Below are positions 14,629 to 26,600 of a DNA stretch of 64,000 bases, piece by piece (the stretch's first letter is position 1; every line of letters starts with the position of its first letter). A program made the translations under genes and the position numbers. Under the pieces are notes generated by a model. That model ran no database searches. It had not been told where the DNA came from and was given only the letters and a program-made list of their open reading frames with translations. This DNA comes from Vicugna vicugna (taxonomy: Eukaryota). The stretch spans positions 248,001 to 312,000 of the forward strand of contig MU058198.1 of the NCBI GenBank assembly GCA_013265495.1. The letters run 5' to 3'.

Positions 14629-15232
14629 AGGCTCAGCTGGGCGCAGGCTGGTGTTCTGGCTCTCCTGCTCATGTCACCTCGTGAAACCTTGGCTTCCTCA
14701 CGGGTTGGTGCATGCAGACTAAATGAGATGCTCAGCCCTTAATATGGTGCTCAGTCAGCCCTCTTATCACTGCAAAGGAGGGGCACAGATGCTAGGGATG
14801 CCCTGCCTGGCGGCCCTTAGCCCCCCCGAGTTCCCCCAAGGTTGCCGGGGAGCCAGGCCAAGCGCCAAGATGGCCCCCCAGATGGAGCACACGCACCTCG
14901 TCCTCTGCCCACGATTCTCAGTGCTACCCACGCTTGCTCAGCCCACTCCGGACAGTCCTGAAGTGCTGGATGCTCAGTGTCTCCAGGGGCAGCCCTCAGG
15001 CCCTGAAGACCAGGGGGAGCGGTTAGAGAGCCCAGCTTCCCCGTAATGGTCATTCTCAAGTGTGTTCTCTGTGTGTCCCCAGCGTGGCTGAGCCCAGAGA
15101 GTCACAGCAGCCTCAGGCTGCCTTTTTCTGTCCCTTGACTTTCCTGTCCTTTATGCTTCCCGGGGCCACCGCCCCAAAAAACCATCTGCACCCCAGCCCT
15201 CCCCTTAACATCTGCTTCTAAGATAATGAGGA

Positions 15233-15482
15233 CAGGGAACTATGTCCAATATCTTGTAATAACCTTTAATAAGAAAGAATATGGAAACAAATATATGTGT
15301 GTATATGCATGACTGGGACACTGTGCTGTGCACCAGAAATTGACACATTGTAACTGACTGTCCTTCAAGGGGTCTTGGATTACCTGAGCTTATTAAAACA
15401 CCTTAAAAAAAAAAAAGACAGTTCAAATTTGACACAACATTGTAAAATGACTATGATTCAATAAAAAAAGTTAAAAAAAAAA
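15233..15482 (+). mobile_element. Two short L1 3'-end fragments separated by unique sequence and an A tract
   Basis: 15233-15368 and ~15425-15482 match the L1 3' termini seen at ~44930-45070 and ~41470-41520. Confidence 0.75.
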
Positions 15483-15599
15483 GTTCAGTGCAATAATTAT
15501 GTAGAAATGAGACCATTTACTTAAATACTATATTAAGATATGCTTAATGGACCTTATGTTAGAACAGCTATCTTGTTCCCCTTATCCCCAGGACATCAC

Positions 15600-15603
15600 G
15601 ATG

Positions 15604-15639
<36 letters not shown>
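15600..15639 (+). repeat. (GATAAT)n/(AAT)n microsatellite
   Basis: Directly visible. Confidence 0.9.
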
Positions 15640-16689
15640 GATAATGGGGAAATTGAGGCTAAGAGAAGCTCTGTGGCTTGAGCCAGGGTACAGTTAGGGA
15701 GTGGTGGGCCCGGGATTCGAACCATGGCTTCCTGGGCCCCAAAGCCCCTGACCCCAATCACTGTATGACCTCATCTCTAGTCCTGAATGCTGGTCATGCA
15801 CATGTCTCCCCTCATTCTGTTTGTTCTTTCATACATTTGTCTTCCTCTGTACAATCGTGGTGAGGAAGCCACTTTATAGAGAAGGAAAATTGTCTCCTAT
15901 TCACTCCTTAGAATCATAACCTAACCCAACCTCCCTGCCTTCCAGTCTCGGACCTTCATGCCACCTCCACTCCAGAGCGAGAGGCACCAGAGGGATGCAG
16001 GAGGGGACCCTGCGGTGCCCAGTGTGGCCAGAAGGGAAGAGGCCATCTCAGCTCATGGGTAGTTCGCCTGGGTCAAGCTCTTTCTATTGGGCGTGGCCAG
16101 TGAAAAGCTAAGTAGCCACAGCCCCTTCCCTGAACAAGTGGATGGTTTTATAGAAAAAAAGCCTTACTTTTCTCATCTGGAAAATGGGGATAATAATAGC
16201 TCCTTTGTCAAAAGGTGGTTGTGAGAATTGGACCAGATCGCGCATGTATTGGGCTTAGCACACAGTAAGGCCTCAATAACTGGTAGTTGTTATTACAAGA
16301 GTTAGATAGAAATATAAGCCTTTTGTGGGGAGGACAGGAAGGAGCTGTTATTTTTGTCTTGGAAAATCAGGAAGTGACAATTTATGCTGGGAATTGGGGC
16401 TATTCAGCTGCTGGTAACCATGCTGCTCATTGAATGGGGAGTGCCAGTCCAGGAGACAGAGGGATAACCAAAGCCCTGATGATCTCATTTGAGCCCCTGG
16501 ATCCAGCTATGCCTGAAGCCAAGGCTTTTGGTTGTTGTTACTTAAACTAGTTTGCATTAATTTTCTGTTACTTGCAACTGAAGAAATCTAACATAAATCC
16601 TTGTCTTCTCTTTACACGGGTTCTCTAGTCTTCAGATTAATATACTTCAATATTTCAACTGTTCTTCATTCCCAGGCCACACACTAACT

Positions 16690-17143
16690 TCACCAACAAT
16701 GTCCAGTGTGACTGGCTGCTTATACCCATCATGGCCTTCGAGTCTTCCAGCTGAGGTCCATCCCTGTGCTTGGTCTGAATTCCTGACCCACAAAATCTGT
16801 GAGCATATAAAACACCAGTGCTTCCATTTGACTGTCCTTTATGATTGGATTACTGCATTCTCTTGATTTTTATTTTGTGGCTGGCTTTATTCCTTTGAGA
16901 AATATGCAAATTTAAAAAGCTAAAGCTCTAAACTGTTCTTAGAAATAATGATCAGTACAAATACATAAACTAAAAATAATATGTGCAGTATATTGCATAT
17001 ATGTAATTGCATGCAGTATATTGTATATGTGCAGTCAGATGGTAACAATTCTACCTAATAAAACTGAAAAGTGAAAAAAAAATACCAGTGCTTCAAGTTT
17101 GTCAGGAGGGATTGTTTGTTACACAGTGGTACTAACTGAAACA
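16690..17143 (+). mobile_element. MaLR LTR (MLT1H/I-like) split by a ~260 bp insertion
   Basis: The segment ...gaattcctgacccacaaaatctgtgagc (to ~16805) resumes as ...gtttgttacacagtggtactaactgaaaca (to ~17143). Confidence 0.65.
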
Positions 17144-17213
17144 TCCTCCTACCCTCAATGCTCGTGTTTATGAAGAAAAAGAAAACTCAAATGCATGGCA
17201 CAAATAAATAATC

Positions 17214-17219
17214 TTTAAT
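17214..17219 (-). terminator. Putative SYT17 polyadenylation signal (ATTAAA)
   Basis: The plus-strand TTTAAT reads ATTAAA on the minus strand. About 30 nt downstream on the minus strand is the U/GU-rich ttgagttttctttttcttc. Confidence 0.6.
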
Positions 17220-18253
17220 TTCAGTAAATAGCTCCCCATTATACCAGACAATCTGCTGTGGGAAAAGATACAGAAGCATCCAACAGAGAGAGGGGGAGAG
17301 AGAGAGAGAGTCTACTCTAACTACACTAACTCCTTTGCACAAGATTAATGACTTTGTTTCACACACAAACACAGGGATCCTCAGAGTGTGATGAGGAAGG
17401 AGATCATCTTGGATGGAGATGCCGTGGGCGTGGTGGCCATTTTACTCCATGTAGCTGTCCTTTGCAGGTGTCACAATCACCATGATTCAGTCAAAAAATG
17501 TTACTTCTGCTCTATCATATTCTATTTACTTGACATACACACTCTCTACTGTTACTGAAGGTGGGGGCTTGACAGACAGGAGGACACAGGGTGAAACTTC
17601 ACTGACAGGAGAGGCAGAGAGAAGAGGTGCTCAGGGCTGAGGTCCTGGCCCAGTGCCTGGCTCTCCAACGGGACACACAGGTGCACACCTGTGTTCACTT
17701 GTGAGGGCACACGTATGAGAACACTCACATACACACCCACAGGGAGTCCCCAGGAAGAAGCTAACACAAGGACGAATTCAGTTAAGCCAGGAGAGGGTTC
17801 TTACACTGGAATATTTTTTGTTGCCATTTGGTTTCTCCAAATAGTCTAATCTATTCATCATGTCCACTAAAGAGAAGACAGAATACTTACACTTTGGGGG
17901 AAAGGTCTGAAGAACCAGGTCTGAAGAACCCCAGGGACTAGCAGCCCACTAAGAAGTCACCCGGTGGGTGTGCGTTTTGGGCGTGAGGGTCGGGCCTCCC
18001 AACTCTGGCTGGACTGTTGGCAAACTTCGTCTCCGTGGAGTTGGCCCCCTTGGGGAGGCCCTTCTCTGGCCTGAGGGCTGGAAGTGCATTTGGGGGGGGG
18101 CAGGTATCAACAAGAGCAAGTGCAGCCGATGAGTCTCACAGCAGAGCCCACTCAGCTCGTGACATGTGGACGGGCTTCTGGAAAGTTCTCAGGCCTCCCT
18201 CCTGGAGCGCGGCCAGTCTGTGATCAATAGTCAGCTTCCTCTCAGTCCTGAGA

Positions 18254-18341
18254 GGTGGTGGTGGTGATGGTGGTGGTGGTGGTGGTGTGCGTGTGTGTGT
18301 GGTGTGTGTGTGTGTGGTGGTGAGTGTGTGTGCAGGTGTGG
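18254..18341 (+). repeat. Compound (GGT)n/(GT)n microsatellite in SYT17 3'UTR
   Basis: Directly visible. Confidence 0.95.
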
Positions 18342-18419
18342 ATGTGCAGGTATATGGCATATTCTTTGTCCTAAGTTTTCTTCCTTTTTTCACAAACGAA
18401 AGCTGCGGTCCTTGCGCCC

Positions 18420-18616
18420 TCAGGTCACCTCCAGCGAGGCAGGGGACACGCGGTCGCACTCGGCCCGGGACCGCAGGCTGTGCCACTGCTCCACGGCCGT
18501 GCGGTGTGCGTTGAGCATCCGCCGCCAGTGGTTGGATTCGGAGGGGCCGGACGAGTACTGGCCGATGACGATCCTTCCAATGAAGTCGTTGCTGCTCTTC
18601 ATGTTGTGGCCGAACA
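18420..18616 (-). CDS. SYT17: Synaptotagmin-17, terminal coding exon
   Basis: Acceptor ccctag|TGTTCGGC. Translates (V)FGHNMKSSNDFIGRIVIGQYSSGPSESNHWRRMLNAHRTAVEQWHSLRSRAECDRVSPASLEVT with TGA at 18420-18422, matching the SYT17 C-terminus. Confidence 0.97.
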
Positions 18617-18907
18617 CTAGGGATGGTTTGTGGGGTTGGGGGGCGAGGGGAAGGAGGGGAACAGAACAGGAAGCAGGGCGTTAGTCTCCACGCTCCTCGA
18701 CTGTAGACGCAGGGTCCTCGCTTTTAGGACGCTCCTTCTTTTAATGATGAGAATTCCCCGATGGCTTCACCACCCTCCCATGAGTCCCTCCACTGCAATT
18801 TTTAACCCATGTCCTGCAGCCTCACCACACACTGCCCTCAGCACTACAACGGGACAGTCCTAGTGGAACCACCAGCCATCACTGGAGTCCAGCTGAATGG
18901 TTAAACC

Positions 18908-19090
18908 AACGGTTCAAAAGCCCAGCACTGTTGACACTGGGGACTGGATAATCTGCGGGGTGTCCTGTGCACTGTGGGATGTCCAGCAGCATCTCAGGCA
19001 GACAGCCCCCTCCCCAGCTGTCTCAACCCCAAAGTCTCCAAACGGCCCAGTATCCCTGGGGGGTCAGTTCATCCCAGATGAGAACCACCA
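18908..19090 (-). mobile_element. MER20
   Basis: Reads cagcactgttgaca...tgtcctgtgcactgtgggatg...gagaaccac. Confidence 0.7.
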
Positions 19091-20566
19091 GGTTAAGCTG
19101 TGGGCCAGACATCCTGGATGAATCCTGGCTCTGTCCCTGACACAAGCAAAGGAGCCCCTCTGACCCTCAGTTTCCTCCTTGGTTACATAGGAACCTTAAC
19201 AGTACTGTACCTCACAAGTCGCTGCGAGGTTTCGGTGAGACAGTGTGTGAAAAGGTTTCAGCACACAGTGCCAAGCACTCGGTAAGTGCTTGATAAATGT
19301 TACGCTGCTCTTTTGATCCTCAATTTCTGTTAATCTTTTATAAAAGAGACCTCACGTTTCCTCTGTTCCAGGCAACAGGGGCTACGGCAATTTCCTCTCC
19401 CCTTGTCGCACTGCATGTCTCTTTGGAAGGCTGTTCATTCCAATGCAAGCTTAATTTGTGTCTTTCAAGCCTAATGAGATAGCCTGATTTATCTTCCCAG
19501 CCAAGTTCTGCCTAACTCCTTATCTGTGTGTGGGTAGTCCAGGCAGGCCACCTCGCTAACGGGAAAGCAGGCTGTGTCTGTGTTATAAATGAAGGGCTGC
19601 AGAATAGGAACTATCACAGATTCACCCAGCGTGAGCAGAGCACAGGCGGGATGGATCCCAGGAGGGGTGCCGATTATCAAATAAACCAGCTAAAATGCTC
19701 AGCCCCAAACAAAGCCAAACGCCAACAAGTCTCTGTTCTCCCCTGTGGGCTTCACATCAAGAATTCCAAATGATAAAAACAAGGGAAAAAAAGAGAAGTG
19801 GAAAAAACAAAAACAAATCCCCCATCCATTGTCTTAAACCCAAAAAGACCTAGAGTGAACCAGGCTAGGTGAATTGCTGTGCCATCTCGATCAAGAATGT
19901 CCCATACCTGTCAGCTCTGTGAACAAAAATTGGACCATGTATATTTTTTGTACATTTGGTAAAGTGTTCACTGTGCGTAGTAGGTAGGCCTTATTAACAT
20001 GAAAATCCCTTACAGAAGAGAAAAATTAGGAATGAAATCTTTGCTTAATAAAGGAAGTTGCTAAGAAGTTCTCTGATGCATCTGAAAAAAACCCTTTTTT
20101 GAATAGCTAACATTCAAGACTATTGAACCACACCTAGTGGGCAATGTGAGGTTTAATTTTCACCAAATGAAAACAAGTTACCAGAGTCCCCTTCCCTGTG
20201 GGCCTCGAATCTAAAGCAAGACATTAGAAGACCATTTCAGACCACTTGGCTTTCTTCCCTGGGGGAGCAAAATGTTCTATCTCCCTCTGCCTCTCCAAAG
20301 CTCAGGAATGGAAATGCAGAAACATCACAGTAAATGAGTATAGGTCTTGCTTTCTTAGAAAGTGGTTCTAAGAAAGGAAATTTCAAGCATTCTCATGCAT
20401 TGTTGGTGAAAGAGAAGTAGGTTCAACTTTTGAGGGAAGTTCACAATATATACTCAAATTAAGGGTGTCATAACTCACGATCTAGCAATTCTTCTTCTAG
20501 GAAACTGTCCTATAGAATGATCTGCACAAATGGACACAAGCACACATACAAGAATATCCTCGGTAG

Positions 20567-20787
20567 CAAGGGTTGGCCAACTAAGGCCTCCAAGCCAAAT
20601 CTGACCTGTACCTACTTTTTATAAATAAAGTTTTATTGGAACCCAGCCAAACCTGTTTGTTTACATAATGCCTGCAGCTGCTTCTGTGCTACAGCAGCAG
20701 AGCTGAGTAGCTGCAAGAGCAACTGTGGCCAGCAGAGCTGAAAATATTTACTATTTGGCCCTTTCCAAAGAAGTTTGACAACCCCTG
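20567..20787 (-). mobile_element. MER58A
   Basis: Reads aaataaagttttattggaac...aaaatatttactatttggccctttc...gtttgacaacccctg. Confidence 0.8.
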
Positions 20788-20959
20788 CTCCAGAACATCC
20801 TTTGTGAGAAAGAAAAATGGAAATAATAAAAACGCTTCATGAGGAAGTGTGGCTGAGGCTGTTGGTAGCCTGCCCACCCCCTCAGCCCACCCTGGAGGCC
20901 ACCCGCAGCTTTTCTTGCTAGCATCCTGCCAGGAGCACCCACAGCTCTCTGCCTGGGAC

Positions 20960-21375
20960 ACGCCGGTGTGTGCTGACAGTGTGACTTACAGTGGGGCCCT
21001 GGGCCACTCAATAGCAACCTGACCTCTGAAAAGGCTGGAGACTGGGGTCAGCCACTCAGACACTCGGACAGGCCTGTATGACAGGCCCTTAATCAAAATC
21101 CCAGACACCAAGGCTGGAGTGAGCCTCCCTGGTTGGAGATCCTCTGAGAGTGTGGCCACGTGTCATTACTGGGAAAATTAAGCGCTGTCCACACCGGAAA
21201 CTCGCACCTGGTCTCTCCTGGACCCTGCTCTTTGCGTCTCTTCCCTTTGCTGATTTGAGTCTGTATCCTTCTGCTACCATGAACTGTAAACCATGAGTCT
21301 AACGACTTTTCTGAGTTCTGTGAGTCCCTCTAGAGAGTCACTGAACCTGATGGAGGTCCTGGGGCTCATCAAACA
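20960..21375 (+). mobile_element. ERVL LTR (MER21-like)
   Basis: Reads cagacaccaaggctggagtgagcctccctggttgg...ctgagttctgtgagtcc, motifs shared with 36215-36850. Confidence 0.7.
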
Positions 21376-23481
21376 CTCATCAGACATCCTCGATCAGCCT
21401 GCCTCCCTTTCGGTCTCACTTCCGCGGTCTCCTATCAGTGTTTCCTGGGTCACTTTCCTCGTAGCCTGCACCCAAGCCATTGTCTCAGCATCGGCTTTGG
21501 GAGGCACCCTGACTAAGACTAGAGGGGACTCATTAAATAATTTCTGATGTAACACCACCATGGAAACCAGCACCGTGGTTAAAAATGGGACAGACCTATA
21601 TATACAGAATGGAAAAGTCTCCAGGATACATTGCTAGGAGACAAAATGAAGTTGCAAAACAGCATATGTAAACACAATCTCTTTTTGCTTGAAAAATGTT
21701 AATATATAGAATAGGAAACGCCACGTGGAAGAATGTTCACCACACTGACAGAGAGTAGCTCTCTCTAGAGAGGGGAAATAGAACTTCTCACGTTCGCTAC
21801 TTATTATATAAATTGTATAGTATGAACTTCTTACAACAAGCACCTATTATTTTGGAAAGAAAACAAAGGAAAAAATAAGTCACTATTAGAGAATCCACGT
21901 CTAAATCACCAGGAGGGGAAGGAGGATGAGCAGGAGTCTGGTCTCCCACGCTCCCGGTCCCAATGCGCTAAGTACTGCAGTTTGGTGAATCATTCGGTAC
22001 TTGCAAGGTGGTCCCTCCTAAGTGATTCAGCCTTTCCGACAGGAAGCAGTTGCTGCTATGGCCATCTGAGGGAACTGGCAGGCTCCGGGACTTGAAAATC
22101 ACTTGGTAAAGTTATGGCAATCTTAACAGTCTTTTAAAGACCAAATGTCTAAAATGCAAATTATAACTAAGGACTTCTATTATAAAAGTCGCCTGGGAGA
22201 CTGTCAGGAGGTGCCATCACTGTAAACTCTAGAAAGTGTGATGTCAGGGCTCAGAGACAGGAGGCCAGACACCCCGCCCTCTCCACTGCACAGGTAAGGG
22301 AGCAAGTCACTGAGCGAGCTGGTGATAAAACTTGAAATATTTGTGGCAGAAAACCGGTAAAGAAAGCAAATTCCTCGTAACTAGATTTCTATGTTTCTCT
22401 TCTTTAGAAACAATAACATTTAGAATTTTTATTGTAAGGCACCCCTGAGATCCCCACTGGCCGGGACGGGGGTGCTCCTTTTACTGCAGTCGCTAGTATA
22501 AACCTGGACAGTGTACATTCTCCAATTTATCCTCATCGCCTGGCGGGAACTCCCTAACAACCTGTACAATCCGGACAGCGGCCAAAAGGCACACCTGTCC
22601 CAAAGTCCGTGCACAAAACCCACGACGAGGGAGCCTCACGTTTTCTCTTAGATCCTATTTATTCTATATGGATTTGGATTTAGACATAATTCAGATAAGC
22701 TTGGTCATCTGGTTTCCCCATCCGGAGAGAGTTAATGTCGTGGATTGCGACTACCGACAGATACCAGAACTTAAACAAGTCCAGGAGAACGGGGCCAGCA
22801 GTCCTTTTCTCCTTCAAACAGCCCCGGGGATATTCACTGTGTGATCATTTATTTGCCTCATTATGATTCTGAATCAGTAAGAAAATTTAATGTCCTGATT
22901 AATGGGTCAAAAGAAGTACACACAGTTTCCTAGCAAACAGTTAAAAGGGTAAAGCCTTTTATAAAGCTTAAAGGGAAAGTGTTCAGCAAGTAGCAAATGT
23001 ACTCCCCAAAACCCCTCTAGCGCCCTCCCCCAGGGGTGAGAGTCGAGCCCCCACGGTGCCCAGAACGTGCTCTGCGACTTGTCACGCTGGTCCCTCTCTA
23101 AACTCGACAGACCTCAAGCCCCCTGACGGCTACAGCCGCAGAGGCTCGCCCCTTGCGTGGACCGTTGAGTCATCAAAGTCCAGCTCTATCCTCAGACGGG
23201 GCATGGGCTCACCTGGTGTATTCCACTTTCTGAAAATTTATCTCTCCAGAATCGCCAACACATCCATCTGTTCCTGTGGTGCCAATCACCATGGCAACTC
23301 AGGTTAGGGAAACACGACTGGCAAAGCAGAAGCGCGATGAGAGGTACCCATGGGCTCAAGGATCAGGCTTCGAAGGAGCATGGAGACAGATACTGCTTTA
23401 TTAAGCACCTACTATGTGTATGACCCAGGGCTAAACACATCGTGTGGATTAACTCACGTAATCTTCATATCAACCCTCCAG

Positions 23482-23687
23482 AGTGGGCTTTCTCACCCTC
23501 AGCACTATTGACATTTTGGGCCAGATCATTGTGTGTTGGGGGGCTGCTCTGAACACTGCAGGATGTCCTCTGGCCTCTGCCCACTCGATGCCATCAGCAG
23601 TCCTCTCTCAGTTGTGACACCCAGAGTATCTCCAGATATTGCCAAACAGAATCCACCCCACTGCTGCCTCCATTGAGAACCACTGCT
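23482..23687 (-). mobile_element. MER20
   Basis: Reads ctcagcactattgacattttgggccagat...ttgagaaccactg. Confidence 0.8.
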
Positions 23688-26600
23688 CTAAGGCAGTGCT
23701 GTCACTGGCCCATTGTACAGCTGGGGAGACTGAGGCCCACAGAGGTGCAGGGAGATCTCTCACTGCTCCAGTCAACATCCAGGTGCCCTGACTGAGCCAG
23801 GGGCAAGTGGAGGCTTTCACATATTGATACTTGCTGTAAAAATGAATCTGTTCTTTCCTGCAAGAGCTAAACTCTTTTGGTTGCTAATTTAGTTTGCCAA
23901 GGCAGACGGTTCTGGAAGGGAAGCTGGATGACTTGGAGTGTGGGTGTGATGAACACTGCAGATTAAAAGGAAAAAGTAATCTCGATCTTTACCAACGGGA
24001 GCAGACTTGGCAGCTCCCCATTCTGCAGGTTTGGTTCACAAGGTGATGGATGTCCCACATGCAGCTTCAAGCCTGACAGCCCCCCCCACAGGGATGCCCC
24101 CAGCTCAGGGAACCCCGCCTCCTCACTGTCCCCTGCAACCCGCCTCTTGGGTGCTGGGGTCGAGCTGCTCCCCCATTTCTGAAAAAAATGCACTAAGTTA
24201 CCAAAACCCACCTTAGCTGTTCCACTACACTTTGCTGAACTCCACACCTGGGAGGGATCCCCACACTTCATCAGGATGTTCATGAGTTCTCTCAGCCCTT
24301 GGAGAAGCCCCAAAGCAGTCTACACATCCCTGTACCTCCCCTCCCCAAAGGCCAGCTCCGACACACCCACAAAGCTGGTACCCATCCTCTTTTCAACTTT
24401 CGCAAAACGTCCTCAAACTACAGTTGGTCCCCTGCATCGGCGGACATGGAGGGCCGACAGGACTCACCAGTTTATCTAAGGGACTTGAGCGACCACAGAT
24501 TTTGGCATCCACGGCAGGTCCCGGAATGAATTGCCTGCAAATACCTCTTTCTTCTTCTTCTCTCTAAAACCTAGAAGCTGATTCAAACAAGGGAGATCAT
24601 CTCCCTCCCCTGGGCCTCGATTTCCCCATTTACACAAGGGGTGGGTTTATGCAGGTTTTAAGCCCCTTTCAACTATGCAATTTCCTCAGTTCTAAGACGT
24701 TTCACCTATGACTTAAGGGTGATGTTTTTCACGCTTTCTTGGCTCATTTTGTGATTCACAGCAGCTCCTCGGACAGAACTTTTTCTCCATGTTTTTCCTT
24801 CCAATAGTCACAGTGACAACTCAGATAACAGTATTACAATAATTAAAAATCAGCAATGCCGAATCCTGAGGTTTTTTTTATTCGGCACTTTAAATACATT
24901 TTTTGACTTAATCCACACCGTCATCCTGTTATGAGTGGTACTATTTATACCCTCATTTTGCAGATGGAATCAGAGGCGCAGAGGGGTTAGGAGGTTGAGC
25001 GCCCAAAGCCACACACCAGCATGGGCACAGTAGGGACTGAAACACAAAAGCTTAGCATCGTTTCTCCTCCTCCCGCATCAGAAAGGAGTCTCACCCACTC
25101 CCCTCCAAACTGACCCTGACGCAAGGCAGAGAAGACCTGGAGTAGAAACAGACACAACAGGTCCTCAAGTCAGGACATCAAGGCAAGAGGTGCCAAGACT
25201 CAGAACAGTCCTGAAACCCGCTCACGATGGTGCCGTGTTGGAGGCCTTCACACCATCTCTCTGGGGTCCAGCAGGGTCAGGTTCACCTCCAACATCTGAA
25301 TGGATGCCTGCTTCTTCAGGTGAGCAGCAGACTCGGAAGTCGTCTTATGTTTAGGGACTACTGATATGAAAAGCATAATATTAACACCTAACTGGCTTAT
25401 CATGAACCAGCCCCGCTCTGTGGACTTCTGATACAATAAATTGTTTATTCCGCACAACTCTATTTATAAAGAGAGTCCTATTATTATCTCCTTGGGCCCA
25501 GAGGTCACACACTGGCATCATGGCCTGCCTCCCTGAAGATGGACCTGGAGAAACGCCTAAGCAGGCTTGGGTCATGTGGGTGAAAAAAACCTGGGACCCC
25601 AGTACTCAGAGGCTCTGTAGATCTGCAGGGAAAAAGAGCTGGGAGGGGAGAGGGAGGGAGAGAAGTCACCTCCCTGAAATAGACAGGGTTTGGGACTTGG
25701 GATGCAAGAGAGAAGAAATTCCAGAACAAATGCAGGGTGAGAGGAAACTGGGGAGCAGGGGAAGGGGCCTCCGAGAGTGTTGCTATGGTTTATGAACCAT
25801 ATCTTTCTCCCTTCGCAAGAGACAGGAGTCAAGACTGAAATTTGTTTTTAAATTCCTTGGGACCACATCTGGACCACTGCTTCATGCCTCTGTGTGGAAA
25901 CCGAGCCATGTGGAGCCCGCATGTACGGCAATGCCATACCAGTTGAAGACTCCCTTTCAGATCTGTGTGTGAATCCCACCGTCTAGGAGGAAGTATTTGA
26001 AAGTGTGACTATAATGTAATGTGCTTGTTTTTACATGAACAACCCAAACTCACACATCTGAGTGAGTATCATCTTTGTACATTTGTTACAGAGACACTGG
26101 TATTGCTTTGGGAGAAAATGTTCACTGCAAACTGTCTTCAGAGCTAGTTATGAGACACCGGTTGAAGCTTTACAAGACACCCTCGGTCTTCTAAAACACA
26201 AAGGAGAAATACCATGAACATGAAAATCTCTCAGAAGACTTAAAAATACCAGTGCTGGGGCTTCACCGCCAGAGATTCTGTTTGGCCTGGGGTTGGGGGA
26301 CCGGAGGCCAGTGTTTTTCCAATTGTTCTCCAGGTAATTCTCATGTGTGGTCAGGTTAGATAACCTGTGTTAGAAGCAAATCAAAATATCCATTGGATTA
26401 GCTGGGGGGGAAAAAAAAAGCCCACACATTGTTGGTGTCAGAAATGTGAGTAGAGAAAGCAGATCACTTTTTTCTTCTCGCTGTGTCCCAATAAAACTTT
26501 ATTTATGAAAACAGGAGTGGGCCAGCTTTGGTCCAGGGGCGGTGGTTTGCCAGTCCCTGACCCATCTGGGGCCAGTGATGCTCAAAGTATGATCCCCAGA

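Larger units (their letters stand above)
17195..18419 (-). other. SYT17: SYT17 3'UTR (3' end approximate)
   Basis: Largely free of interspersed repeats after the stop codon, and ends near an ATTAAA signal followed by a U-rich tract. Confidence 0.7.

Noticed and set aside
22700..22845. Short open frame (VIWFPHPERVNVVDCDYRQ...) as an exon or pseudogene
   Set aside because: No recognisable homology, no start codon, only 46 codons, and antisense to SYT17.
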